A DNA stretch of 64,000 nucleotides from positions 54,702,099-54,766,098 of the forward strand of contig NC_068997.1 of NCBI RefSeq assembly GCF_001194135.2, written 5' to 3'. The notes below the pieces were generated by a model, which was given only the letters and a program-made list of their open reading frames with translations, did no database searches and was not told the DNA's origin. Shown piece by piece: positions 38,639 to 52,599 of the stretch. How positions within the stretch are numbered: the first letter of the stretch is position 1; each line of letters opens with the position of its first letter. A program made the position numbers and the translations under genes. This stretch comes from Octopus bimaculoides. Taxonomy: Eukaryota.

Positions 38639-41600
38639 GAGAGAGGAAGCATAAATGTGTTTGGTTTTGTGTGTCTTCACTTAACATTCCTTGGGCAGTG
38701 ATGTTATTCACGACTCCTGTAAGCAAAGCTACCCAGCAGTGATTCAACAAATGCAAAAATGGAATAAAGATCTCTCTTGAAAAGCAAGTAAGGATTGGCA
38801 TCAGGTAAAATGCTAGCCAAGGAATCTTCTCCAAGCCATGCTAGTATGTAAGAAGTGGAGTCTACTATGTTGTCCAGCTTAACCCTATCACTGGCTTTGG
38901 ATGATTTTAGTGGAGGAATTCATTTTGTTGTCCATTTTAACACCACCATCACCTAGACCTTGGGCAACTTTAGTGGACAAGTCCACTTTGTTGCATGGAT
39001 TTGGGTCAGGTTTTCATTCTGTACATTGCTTCCTTCTACCCACCCAGAAGTCCTGGGGGTCTATCGAAAGGACATGGACACTAACCATTTTCCTGACTAA
39101 ACAACAAAATCTCTTTTACTCGTTTGTTAGCAGTAAGAATATCAAACTATGAGAGAATCTGGTTCAAAGATAAATACACAAAGTTGTGATTAAAAATAAT
39201 TTCTATACCTAGATTGTGAAATAGATAAGAGAGAGGGAGAGATCATTTCTAGTTTATAAACCTTTGGAAATGGTTATTCGCAGAAACACTGTAAATTTAC
39301 CAGAATATGGAATCCATAATAAATTTATTAATAATGATCTGCTCTGAAGGAATTCTTGTAACTTAATATTTTGAATGATCATAAAGGATGCTTAATATAG
39401 AATATTTTCAACATATAAATGCTGATAGAATTTGATCAAAAGTATGATACGTAGCGACTGCAAAAAATAATTCTTACGGTGTACGAGATATGTTTTGAAT
39501 GAACAAAAGAAATGTAATCGTCAAAATGGTATCAATTGATAAATGAGGAAATGTAAAAACCACAAATAGGAACTGTCATTTGAAATCAGATTCAAAGAAA
39601 TCTGTGTCTGAATAACAAATAATAAATGAAATGGGATTAGGCACTAATTAGAAACCTAACAATATGAAGCATCTATTTTTATGCATTGTGGCCATTCTTA
39701 CCAATTGTATCTTCATGGACATTCACATTTCACTACACATTAGTGCATTACATAGTTTTTAATATACATTACAAATTTTAGAAGTTCATGAGCATTCATT
39801 TAATATCCAATTTCTTTGCTGGCATGGAATGAACAGCTTGATGAGACATGGCAATTTGGAAGAAAGCATTATGCACCAATATCTCTTTTAGCTTGATTTG
39901 TTAGGTTAGTTTCCCTTCCTAATGCCAACTTATGCATGTAAGTATGTATGTTGCAAGCACAGGACTACCGTGCATGGCATAGCTGCGCCAACAGGGGTGC
40001 CACCTCCTATGATCAGAATAAGATCACTGGGGTACAAAGAAATTGTGAGTTGCACAAGTCTAGAACTAACTCCTTGCCTTCATTCCTAGCAGACCATCTG
40101 CAGCAGAACCTTCCCAGCAGGCATCAACCTGATTGGCTACATCTTCTCCCATGTGATGTCCTGGTCATTGTCAACAATGATGGACGAACATTATTATGTA
40201 CATAAGAATAGACACACACACACACACACACACTGATACTTCATACTCAAATCTTCAACAATTTCAAATTATATATTTTCTTGCAACTATTGTCAAGGGT
40301 TACTGTCCAGTGTAGTTTTAGCCATAATGACATAGATGGGACACCAACCTAAACGAGGTTAGGTAACCATGGCTACCTAGCCATATCTATGATCTTAAGT
40401 GGCTCATGGATATAGCACATGTAATGTTCTCTGGCATGTTTGCAACAGTGATACTGCTTATTGTCTCTGGATAATGTAAATTTATTTCCAAGATGGAACA
40501 CAAAAAGGTTATGAGAGAATGGCTGGGCAGTAAAGGTATCATGCTATATATCCCCCAGAAATTATTGCTTTTGCATAAACATGATGGGTGAAAGACTGGA
40601 AGAAGAAAACCAAAGATATGTAGTTAGATATCCATTAGATATCTACTCACATATATACACAAACGTCTGTATGTGTTTGTGAGTGCATGTGCGTGTGTGT
40701 TCACGTTTGTTTTGAATATATAATAGCAATATAACAATGATTCCTTTTGGCTTATGTATTCATATCGATGTCTTTGGAATCTAAAAGGAAACATTAGTAT
40801 TTTATCATCTTCAGCAGCAAAGTTTTATGAGATCACAAGTTACATATTAAAATTTTAAAGATGTGACTAATCCATTATAATTCCAAGGAAATGTGTAAAT
40901 TACTGTCTTTTATAACATTGTTAAAGATGCAAGAATATTCTTTTCTATTTTGGATTTGGATTTTTCACACAATTTCTTTTAGATCAGTTCGAAGTTTTCA
41001 AACTTTAAAACTTTGTTCCCTTCTTGTGAGAGATCCCAATCAATAATTTAGTGTCTGTGAATCTAAATGCTGTTGTCATTTTGTGCTATTTAGTATGTTT
41101 TAATATACCACTGTGCATACTACACACACATGCACACTCATATGTATGTGCATTTGCATGTGTGAGTGTGTGATTTTTTGTTCGTTGAATGCAATGTCAC
41201 TTGTGTATTTTTACATGTTGAATATATAAATTTCTTGTCCAACGATTTGGGAATAAGTCTAAAATGGGAAAAATATTGGAAAAAGAATAATGCAATACGA
41301 TATATTTAAGAACACTGATGTTAACACATTGGAATTACATGAACTTAATGACTAGTTAGTGAAAGACACAAAATAAGGATGTTTTAATTAATTATAGAGA
41401 ATCCATTCCACTTTGGTTAAATTTATGCTTGTGTTTAATATAAATAAAATCTATAATAACTGATAATTCTGAGAGTGAATAAATGAAACTTTGTCACATT
41501 CCATGCATAATATTTTATGGTTATAAACCAATACTGTAGGAATAATATGTGACACACATTATTTTGATTTGTAGCAACATTGTGACTATTACAGCAGATA

Positions 41601-41934
41601 TACTGGACAGACAGACAGACATATAAATATTTGTACATCCATACATGTAACCCCAACTTCATTATCTTTTATAGTAACATTGCAACTATTCAACTTTTTC
41701 AGCACATATGCCAGACAGGCAGACACACCTACACCCAAGACCCCCATACACAATGGTGTATGGGGGGGGGTCTTCTCAAGGAAGAATATCAATGTTACTG
41801 TATGTTTGTTCAAGTGGTAACAAGTGAAGTAATAACATTTACACAGCAATCAAATGATGCACATGTGTGCATGCATGCGCACACACAACACACACACACA
41901 CACACACAATAGTCTTAATACATTTCCCATGTAC

Positions 41935-42070
41935 CGATTTTACTCAAAGCATTGGTTTCGTCTTGGGTGATAGTAGATGACAGTTGTCCAAGGTATTGTG
42001 CAATTGGAATGACCCCAAAACCACATGATTGCTATGCAAATTTCTCAATTACATAGCTCCATCTGCACCT
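41935..42070 (-). mobile_element. SINE family B copy, degraded
   Basis: ttactcaaagcattggt..gatagtagatgacagttgtccaaggt..aaaccacatgattgc..agctccatctgcacc. Confidence 0.55.
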
Positions 42071-42539
42071 ACACAAAAATATTCCATCCTTGGTCTAAAT
42101 GTCCACTTAAATCTAAATATTGTCACTCAACCACTGAGGAATCAAAAACTTGCTTAAGGAGCTGATTCTTCAATATATAACCGTGAGAAATGCTCCAGTC
42201 TGAGATCAATATTAAAGAAATGAATAAATTAGCCTGAACTCAATTACTATTAATACAGGGTGAAGGTTGTTATTTTTACTATTTTCACTCAAAATGGTAC
42301 ATCACAGAAAATTCAACCACTATATGTGGCTATATTATTTACAGCCATTACAGTACCCATCATAAAATACATGTCCAGTGATGGCTAAACCTCATCAATA
42401 TTTGTTAGATCAGTACCATACAATATCAGGCAGGATGTTTATAAGGTTTTATGTCATGACTGGGCTACCATAGTATCTGTTCTCCATGTCACTTTGTCCA
42501 TTTCTATTGTGTTTGACTTTACAAAATGTCATATGTCAA

Positions 42540-42900
42540 GTACATTAAGGCTGAGCTGCTAATAGTCTGAGGAGATTGAACAATCCTCGTAGTCTTCTTC
42601 AAGATCATTTGACCTTTTATGCTGTAAATTAATCTAGGTTTCACTTCAGAATAATCTTAACATGAAAAACAAGTTTGCTTGTATAAATATCAAAAACAAT
42701 ACATTGTTATTGTGGAGAAAAACTGTTAATTAGTTTGTACAATCATTACTGCAGCTTCTTCATTATAGAATGTCTAAATCTTTAGGTGTGAGGTGGAGTG
42801 TTTGCGACAGACGAGGGCATGACCTAATAAGAGTCTAAGTAGAGTTAAGTAGTGGCTTGGCTAAGAAGACATACTGCATTGTATGCAGTGATAATTTTTC
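42540..42900 (-). mobile_element. Possible decayed LINE RT fragment
   Basis: Minus translation IRSCPRLSQTLHL weakly resembles VRQGCxLSPTLFN. Confidence 0.25.
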
Positions 42901-44238
42901 ATGTATAGATTCAATGGCATCTTGTTTCAGTTGTCTCTCAAATAAATATAGTTTTTAGATATAAATATATTCTTCATATTTTCTGTGCATAGTCTCAATA
43001 TAGTCTATAAATATAGTGTTTATACAATCCCCAATATAGTCTTTTTATAGACTATTTAGATGCCACGTTGAATATAAATATAGTCTTTTTTATAGACTAT
43101 ACAGTCTATACAGAATGTGTACACAAACACACACACACGGAATTGTAGCAGCACAAAAAGAAACTAAATTAACCCTAATTATCTTTAACACCAAACTAGA
43201 CTTCTTTAATGAATTTTCTCTTTTTTTCTAACTACTCTTTCTAGTAAAAAACCTACCTATCACCAGCTGATTGAGGATTTAACTGCTGTCTTGACAAACA
43301 TGATCAGTTTATGCTAACATTTTCTCTACCCTCTATTTTGACAAGAGGGGCCAATTATTTTACCCCCACTGACCTGACAAATAGAATCAGTCACCATTCA
43401 AGCCATCTTAACAACAGTAAGTGAGGTTCTACATGTTTGCCTGTGAAGTCCGGATTTGGGTGGTTTGAGATTTAGATCCCGACTAAAGTATGTGAATGAA
43501 ATCTTTAGTCGTAGTATATTCAACCAGGTCAGGAGAATAGTGACTTTGAACTAAACACAGTCCAGTGTATTGAAAATTTAGTGCTGTGTAGGAGATCTGT
43601 AAGTTTGAATAGAGACTGACAGAGTGGAAATGCGACATTTCAGTCTTAGCAGATGTGTCTGGTACTGGATTGATGGCACTATTAAAATGTACTAATTCTA
43701 TGTTTTAAAGTGGTTGGTGATAGGAAGGGCTATAAAGCCATGCAAAAATCACGACTGTCACAAATGCAATGAGAAATCCTTATTGCATGTATACAACTAA
43801 CTCATATGTTGTTAGGGCTGTGCATTGTGGTGGGGTAGGTAGCATGTTTGAGACTAAGGTGGCACGTTTGAGACTAAGAACACAAACTCTTCCTTTCAAA
43901 TGTTGAAAATAAAAGCTCCCACTGTGAGCAATGGCATAATGAAAGGAAGGTTTAGAGGGATTGTAGAGGTTTTAGAGCAGTGACATTTAGATATGAGTTG
44001 TGTACAAGAGGAAAGACGAAAGGGAAAACAGGAATTGAGGATAGATCACATGTTTGATTGATAGGGAATTTAGTGCTGTGTCAGTGTTGGTTCTGTTGAT
44101 AAAATGATACGGTAGAAAAGAATTCAAATTGTCTTTGATGTGAAAAAAAATTAAAAAGTAAACTTGCATCCATGTCATAGATTATTATGCAGTTGATTTC
44201 TTGTTACTAAAAATCAATGAAACAGCAGTGATACTTAC

Positions 44239-44434
44239 CAGCTGTCATCAACGTCACGTGCTTCACTCTTGCACTTGACTTCACGACGTTGCTGTCCTGT
44301 TCCACAGGTGACACTTTGTCCAAGTATACATTGGTTCCAAGCCATTGCTACCCATGAAAATGTTCTACACTCAAGCCTTGATGGACATGGACTGCTTTCT
44401 GTCAATGATGAAGCATGTGGGCAAGCTGGACCAG
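44239..44434 (-). CDS. THSD7A: THSD7-like exon D (196 bp, phase 1-2): (S)GPACPHASSLTESSPCPSRLECRTFSWVAMAWNQCILGQSVTCGTGQQRREVKCKSEARDVDDS(W)
   Basis: Acceptor ttttgcAG|CTGGT, donor CTG|GTaagta; ADAMTS-type TSR motif CGxGxQxRxVxC; inside ORF 44235..44450. Confidence 0.93.
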
Positions 44435-46914
44435 CTGCAAAACAGGGCAAACATAATAATACAAGGTAAATGCTTTTTCCAAAGATTTGCTAAGAGTGTG
44501 CGTCTTTCATAATTACGTAATTTAAAAAATTTTTTAAAATGTCCTCAAAGAAAAATTAAAAAGGAGCAGATTCTTTCACATTATCTCAATATTATGAGAT
44601 TTCTTTTACCCTTATTCTGTCTTATTGGTTAGCTCGAGGATGAAATTTCTCAACTTTTATGTGATGTGCAAATTTTATGGGAGAAGTACAGTTGATTATT
44701 CTGTGTATATTCTCTGTTTTCTTTAAACTATTGATTATATAAATGTATAAATATATATATTACTTATTTACTCCTCCACTCATAAATCTGGGGCTAAGGG
44801 TCTGTGGGTTGACCTATTCACTTGAGTGAATACCTCCACACTTTAAGTCAGATCAGTCAGGATTAACCTGGGAGTTTATCATAACTCATCTAAACACTAT
44901 CAGTCTGTTTGACACTAAATGTCATTGTTAGAAATTATTGCTAACTTCTGGCATATATTTGAACTCTATAAACTCTTGCAATATTGATTCGTACTGGTAT
45001 GAATCCATTGAAGTTTAGAGAATTGAAATTAAATTTGAACAACTATTTTTCAGTAATTGACAGGAATGACACAAAGCAAGGTCAGTTTTGAGCAGAATAC
45101 AGAGAGTTAGAACTAAATGCTGGGCCACATATCTGTTTCATTGCTCTTCTGTTTCTGCCATGCATACTCCATGTGCTGAACTCCATTCTTCTTCTGTATA
45201 TCACATTACAGATGTTAAACTAAACTATTTCAACGAATCCTATATGCTCAGAACAACATTTGTATTTGCAACTGACTTTATGTTTACAGCAGAGAAAATA
45301 CTATTGGCTACAACTCTATATAACAACGACATGATCCAAGAAAATCTGAAAGGACACCATTTATCTACATTCTAAGAATTCAAATAAACTCTGGATCAAT
45401 TATTTTGGGCATAGTTGAGTCTAAATTTTAGATCTCAGATCCAAGCCTTTATTTTCCAGATCCTACCACATTACTTGCAATCTATAACTTTATTTCCTTC
45501 TTATGTTGATAACACAGCTATCCTTTAAACCTAGTTTCCTCTGGATGCTTAATATCAACAGTTCCTGACTTTTTTATCCCTATATTGTCTCCTTTGTAAT
45601 CTATGTTAATACATTTTTTTAATCATTTCAAACACACTTCTCAACCACGTACTACAGTAATTATGTCTCTTCCTCTAAATTACAAATGAAACTACGACCT
45701 TATTATATCACTTTGTTAACATTACCATCGTAATTCTATCATCTCTGCATTAACGAACCCGATACAATCTTCTATGTAGATAATATACTATCCATTCCTC
45801 TATAGCCATTAAAACCTGTTTCTTGTTCATGGAAACAGCACTCAGCTTCTTCACACCTACATCTGTGTTTCTCTTCTTTCCCTTCTCCGACTTTGCACCA
45901 AACTTTATGTGAAAATTATCACCCATTTGCAGTCACTTTCCTATGCTTGCTGCATCAACTCTTTAAAATCTACCTTAAACCTATCAATAATTATTGATTC
46001 TTGTTTAACATGAAAGCAATGCCCTTCTTCAATTAGTTAACAATTTATTTAATCAAAACAATGAAATATTAAGGTATTTCAGCTTCACATTTTCAATATA
46101 AAAGGAATCAGTTTGAATAGTTTAAAAAAAAAAAAAACCTGTACAAGTTACATTCCGATATCTAAATGCCAAATAGAAAATATCCTTTGGGAAACAGAAA
46201 AATATCTTGATGCATTGAAAGAAAATATCATCCAGATCATATAATGAATAATATTGTGACATGAACAGGAAGAGTATTCAGTGCCTTGTAGTTCCCCCCC
46301 TCCTATCTGCCACCACCACCACTAAAACAAACAACAAAAGCATTATTTTGCCACACTCCCATTTATGTGAGTTTCAAACAATTGTAGAATGAATTTTTGG
46401 AAATGCAATTTGAAGAAAGATATCTGATAGATTTAGTAAATGCTCCCCCTCCATTCACACACACACACACATGCAGAGAGAGAGAGAGAGTAGATGTTTT
46501 ACATATCACAGAATGTGTTAACAATGAAGAAACAGTTGTAGACCTGATTGTGGTAAATGATCGTATATAAATAACTCTAATGGAGAAAGAATTTCATTTG
46601 AAAGCTGGAAGTTGTGGTTTTGTATCTCTGATCTTGAACTGATATTCCAAAATAAACACACTTTATTTATGATATTTATAACCCAATTCCAGTCAGAAAT
46701 TCTCTACATTACAATGAGAAATGTAATAAAAAATAAAAAACAGCACAATTTGAAAAAAGTCATTTTGTGGTCAATAAACTACCAGATAAAAAATAAAAAC
46801 AACAAACATATATTCACACCCGCTAATAAAAAAAATGGTTCAAATAACAGTGTGGGCAATTTTTTGCATTTCGACATCAATAAAGAACACAGTATGAAAC
46901 TGCAGCAGTATTAG

Positions 46915-47075
46915 GTGTTTGTAGTAGTAGTACTAGTAGTTGTGGTGGTGGTGGCGATAGTGTTAGCAGTAGTAGTGATGGTGGTGGTATTAACAGTAGT
47001 AATAGTTGTAATGGTAGTGGGTAATAGATGTAGTGGTAGTATTAGTGGTGGTGGTGGTGATAGTAGTAGTAGTTA
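46915..47075. repeat. Degenerate (GTA/GTG)n trinucleotide tract
   Basis: Directly visible; gives a poly-Val pseudo-ORF. Confidence 0.9.
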
Positions 47076-47996
47076 TAGGAAGAATAATAATAGTCGCAGC
47101 AGTACAGGCTGTATATATTTCCAAGACAATTTCAGATACAAGCCAGGAAACAATAGCATCTATTTTAGTAAACAGTGGAATAATTATAAACAAAAGTGAA
47201 TAGATGGAGGAATTAATATATCTTTAATGGAATAATATAATTATATTGATAGAAGATGGAGTTATTGAGTTGAATCAAGAACATATCTCCTTAGTCTCAT
47301 CATGGCTTTTGTCTATTAGCCAAATTTATAAGACAACAAAGTATAAATGGAGACCGGTTGGATTGGTTGGAGCTTCAGTAATAAAGTAGTCAAATAAAGA
47401 GAAGGCAGATAGTGGTTGGAAGTGGAACTCATCTATTTGATGCTTTCTAGTAGTGATTAAGAAAGAAGCTGAAATCTATAATGAGCCTACTGGCTGATTA
47501 GGCCAATGTTTGGTTTGTGAGACAGTTGTGACTGGGTGTTCAAGACTTTCCTCTGGGCAGAGTACCAGTTTATTTGAATACCATCCCAACCAGCTACTTC
47601 TGGTACTTATTTCAAATAAGTAGACTGGGGCCATGTGAAATAAAATGTCTTGCTGAAGGATGCCATGAGCTACCCATTTTGCAAATTGAACTTCTGACAA
47701 TATCAATTCAACATCTTGGCCATATCACCACAGCCTTCTGCATTTTTAGTGATAGAAAGCTATTATTAAGAATATAATTAATAACTGAGTGTAGATTTTT
47801 CTCTAGACTATATATAAATATATGTGAGTGAGTTTATGTAAAGTAGTAAATTGTATACTTTTGCAAATTTTGTCAAAAATTGTAATTCAGTTAATATTTT
47901 AAAATCCATTTTTATTATGACACATTTTTACCTTTTCTTTACCAAAATGTTAAAGCAATTGAAATCACAGGTAACTAATCAACAAATCAGACTTAC

Positions 47997-48189
47997 ATGC
48001 CCCTGGGAAGGCTAGAATCATCCGTCTTCGAACTCTGTTAGTTGCTTGAGCTTTCTTGTCACATTCGTCAGGGCATTCAGTCCATGAGCTCCACTCAGAT
48101 AAAACACAATCCATTGGACAGGGAATCCGACAACTTTCTTTATCACTTGGCTGACTATAGCTGTCACAAAGGCTTTCGTCTTTTGGAAC
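47997..48189 (-). CDS. THSD7A: THSD7-like exon C (193 bp, phase 0-1): VPKDESLCDSYSQPSDKESCRIPCPMDCVLSEWSSWTECPDECDKKAQATNRVRRRMILAFPGA
   Basis: Acceptor gttatAG|GTTCCA, donor GCAT|GTaagtc; CPxDCxxSxWSxW spondin-type TSR; not in the ORF track. Confidence 0.93.
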
Positions 48190-48674
48190 CTATAACATTT
48201 TATATTGGGTAATCATTATAAATTTTTACTGAAGCTATAATTGAATTAATTTAATTATTATTGGACATAATGTATTTAAGTTTTAGTCTGTTGAACAGTT
48301 AGAATTTTTCTTTTATGGGCTAGTGTAGGAAAAATACTACAATATACTAATTGTTTGAAAAATTTACTATTTCTTTCACTGAAAAGGTAAGAGCAAATGT
48401 TTATTTACATTATTTAATCAGTGGGATGGGGGTAAGAATTGATATCATAACATTGTTTTAAATGATTGATTACAGCAAGAAATATTGAAAATATATTTTA
48501 AAAATTAATTTCAAAGCCACTAATTTAATTGAAAAACTTAATAACGATAGTGAATTGATAGCAATAATTTGTCCGAGCATGACAGATCTTCCAGAGGGCC
48601 TTAATACATTAGATATTGAATGTACTAATGTCAGCATGGTTTCATAGACATAAAACAACAATAATAATAATAAT

Positions 48675-48905
48675 CCTTTCTACTAAAAGTACAAGGCCTG
48701 AATTTTTTTTTTCTCTTTTTTTTTTGTGAGTGGGTTAGGATATTAGTTGATTACACCAGTGCCCAACTGTGACTTATTTTATCAACTCTGGAAAGATGAA
48801 AGATAAAATAAATCTCACCAGAATTTGAACTTGGAACATAAGGACAGATGAAATGCTGCTAAGCATTTTGCCCGATGTGCTAATGATTCTACCAGCTCAT
48901 TGTCT
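48675..48905 (-). mobile_element. SINE family D copy
   Basis: cacaaggcctgaa..acttattttatcaac..gaaagatgaaag..gaatttgaactt..gatgaaatgctgctaagcattttgcccgatgtgctaatgattctaccagctca then (AAT)n. Confidence 0.7.
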
Positions 48906-49379
48906 TAATAATAATAATAATAATAATAACAATAATACATCTTTATTTTATTTTTGTGACAGACCTACTCAGCAGCTATATAGATTCAATGAAATAATAG
49001 AATCTGCACCAAAGGATTGTAAATTGTGTGTGCAGTATATATATTTGTTACTGTTTTATTTCTTTTGTATTCATTTGGGTTTTATTTCATTGTCAAGTTT
49101 CTCAGAAACAACAATTTCATTGTCGGTTTGTTATTTTATTTAATCAGTTTAAATGTCTGTATCAAGCTGGTAAGCCATGACAGACTAAGGAAGATATATA
49201 ATAACTCTTATACAAGAGAATAAACTAAAACTAAAAACAATTGCTAGAAAGAAGAAAAAAGGAGAAAGTAGTATAGATGCAGAACAGTTAGATGGTTCTG
49301 TTGTTAAATCTATTTGTAGCCTCCCTGTATTGGAAGATTTTATTTATGGTTAGTGGTTACATGAAAATAAATTACACCT

Positions 49380-49760
49380 TCAACCTTGGTAGCCTTTTAA
49401 AGACCATTTTAAAAATGTCCTCGTTCCAAGACTAGTAATTTTTGTTCTGGAACAAATAATGCCATAAGGTTTCTGAATAGTCTTCGCAAGAGCACAAAGG
49501 TGATTCCATATAACCTTTTGTAAAAGAATATAGTGCAAAGGAATATGGCTTGTTTGAAGCCAATGAATTATTTGTTTATTAACCATGTTCAGTGTCTCGT
49601 ATACTTAAAGATTTGATAGAGCTGATTGCGATAATTGAGGAATTAAAGTTTGATAATTTATCTATTGATTTTTCCCACTTACTATTTTTCTGCTCTTCGT
49701 TAATTAGGCTCGGAATTATGTTCGAAATGAACGAAAGGACAGTAACACAAGGTTCTAAAT
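49380..49760 (-). mobile_element. LINE ORF2 C-terminal remnant (cysteine-rich tail)
   Basis: Minus-strand translation gives KGYMESPLCSCEDYSETLWHYLFQNKNY, resembling the SPxCxCG..ETxxHxLxxC motif of non-LTR retrotransposon C-termini. Confidence 0.45.
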
Positions 49761-52599
49761 GCATCGTTAGTTTATTGCAATATCTGATTCAAGAGTGATA
49801 GTGAGAAAATTATCAGCATTGTTTTACATCATCTTTTCCATGCTGGCATGGGTTGGGCTATTTCATGCCCTTCTTGTAACCAAGCTTTTTAATTGCCTCT
49901 TTTGACTTGCAAAGATGCAGTGTATTTATTCTAAAACCAGGATACACACGGTAATGTGGGTAAGAAAACTGGTATAGCATTACCCAAGTGACACTTAATG
50001 GATGGTCTAGCTAATTATTTGAACAAAATGGCAATTATCATATAAATAATTTCTCTGGTTTATAGTTTGCTATTTTTGATTGTTCAAAATAATAATAAAA
50101 ATGTTTGCATGTAGAAAATGCAGAGAAGGAAAGTATAAACATGTTTGGATTTCTTAACTGTGAAAATTCTGTTATCAGACAATGGAAACACCATCTTTAA
50201 ATGAAAAGGAACATCATGCCCAATAACGGGACATCACCATTTGTATTTATGCTGTATCAGGTTGTTGTGCATATTGCTGCTCTTTTATGTTTCAAATTGG
50301 TGTTTATAGTATCTAATATCAAATCTTATGTTGCTCAACAAGCACCCCTATTGTATTTGAAATCCAAAAGCTATGAACCAGTGTTAAGGAAGTATTTAGA
50401 ATATAAAGACAAAATTTAAGTGTAAATCAAACAATTTTTTTATAAGGTTTGTAATTCATTAGATGAATCTAATTTATTTTCATTAATGATATTAAGGAAA
50501 GAAAATACATGATCTGGTTTAGAAACATTGTGTGTGTATATTATTCCTTTTATGTGTACACACACACACGCACGTGCAACAACTGTCATCATACACACTT
50601 TTAATTGACTTTATCCCCTCAACCATCTATCATCTAGCATTTAAAACATGTGTGAAAGTAAAGTGAAGGTTTAACTTGCAGAGAAACGAAAGCTAACAAA
50701 ATACATAAATAAATAAATGTTGTCTATTTTGACACAAATTGATGTAAAATCAATGTTGATTTGGTGTAAATAATTTTTGATATATTTTTTAATGGATACC
50801 AAAGTTAGGATTGGGAATTAAACAATTCATTTGTATTTGTTCTTCAACTGAGATAATATTTAGATATCTTTTAGTCTTCAGTTTAAGAAATTATACTTTT
50901 TATATCCTTGCTGGTTGTTTCATTTATAGTACACTGTCAAGAATTCCTCAAATGAAGAATGAATGAATTTCTCATTCCATAGCAACTAAAACTTGTATTT
51001 CCATTACATCAGTAATGTGAATCTAGATTCAACTTTTGCCATATTCTAAATGCTAGAAATTTTGTTTCTGTTATTCATCTTGGATGTGTTGCCTTTGATG
51101 AATGGAATGGGAGTTGTGTAGAGAGGAGTTTTTAATCTTGCTGGGAATGAAGAACCTTCTCTAGGGTTGGTGCCATGGGAGAATGTATTCAATACACTCT
51201 GTAAAGTAGTTAAGCTTTATGTAGGATATCCAGCCATGGAAGCTGTACAGAAAATGGAATGTATGAATGAGACAGAGTCCCTGGATTATCTAAGCAGGTA
51301 GTATTTCAAAATAGGAATAGACTTGGACTGTGATAAATCATTCCCCCTTTAACAGTATGGAAAGTGGAATTAAATTGATGATCCTGTTGTTTTGGTAATA
51401 GCTTGTCATTAATTAACTGTTTGATGTTAATACATTCACTCATTACTAATTAGTTGTTTGCTATGCGTAGCCTCATCATTAATCAACAATCTATTTGTAA
51501 ATATATTAATTTTCATTCAACATTCTGTTTTGCCATTTTATGTACAAACAAAGCATGAACAATAAAATTAATCTTTTACAAATTATTTTGTTAATCAGCC
51601 TCACAACCTTGCATTAACTCCATTTGGGTTATGTTTTGTGCAGAAACTTTATTGAACATAAAACAAAAGTTAGAAATGCTTCTAGTTTACTATAACCATG
51701 AAATGTTTTATACATTGAAGTTATTTTTGCAGTTTACAAAACAAACTTGATCTTATATAATTTGCATCCAAGACTTATCAGAACTGCCAGTAACACATTC
51801 AAATTCACTCTCTAGTAATTTTCAGTGCAATTAATTCTACTGCAAGATAAATATCTGATTGTGTCTTGGGAGGGTCATTACTCTAATAATAATAAACACT
51901 CATACTGGTTCAATATCACTTCTTTGTTAATCAGTTAGTTAGATATCTAACCAACTGGTTAATCAATTGTTTGTTTAACATGGTGGTTGAACAATCAATC
52001 AGTTGTTTATTTGTCAGTACCCTTTTATAACTAATTGCTACCTCATGGACATGTCTTCTCTCTTCAAGGTCTACCTTAAGTTTGTCTGAGAAAAGTGAAA
52101 TAAATATCTGAAATACAATTCTTACTTTTGCACACTATTTATAATCCTCTTGTTTATAGAGATGGAGATGAAAAGTATTTTGCAATTTAGATCTCCCTTC
52201 TATTTTAATCTGTGATCATCTTCAGGTGCCTTATCCTTTGTTGTCTGAATTGTATTTGAACTGAATTCAAACCCACGACCTTTACATCTATACTAATGGT
52301 AGTAACAACACTCCTATCTTCTTAACCACTGATGCATCTACAATCACTTTATTTAAAACAAAATGTCAAATTTTGTTTTTATCACTTTTAAACTTGTTCC
52401 ATTAATGTAGGAAAGTACAAAAGATGGTATTTGAACCTTCGATGTCTTGCACAGTTTATTTAAAACTTTAAAACAACAAATTTACTCTGTTCTACAAAAG
52501 TAGATAAAATTTATCAAAAATACATTTTCTTGTAATCATTGATAAAAATGTAAATGAATCAAATATATTTATATAAGTGCCACTTAAGAAGAAGCAGCA

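Noticed and set aside
46915-47199. Poly-Val hydrophobic ORF resembling a membrane protein
   Set aside because: Degenerate GTA/GTG trinucleotide repeat with no splice or codon support
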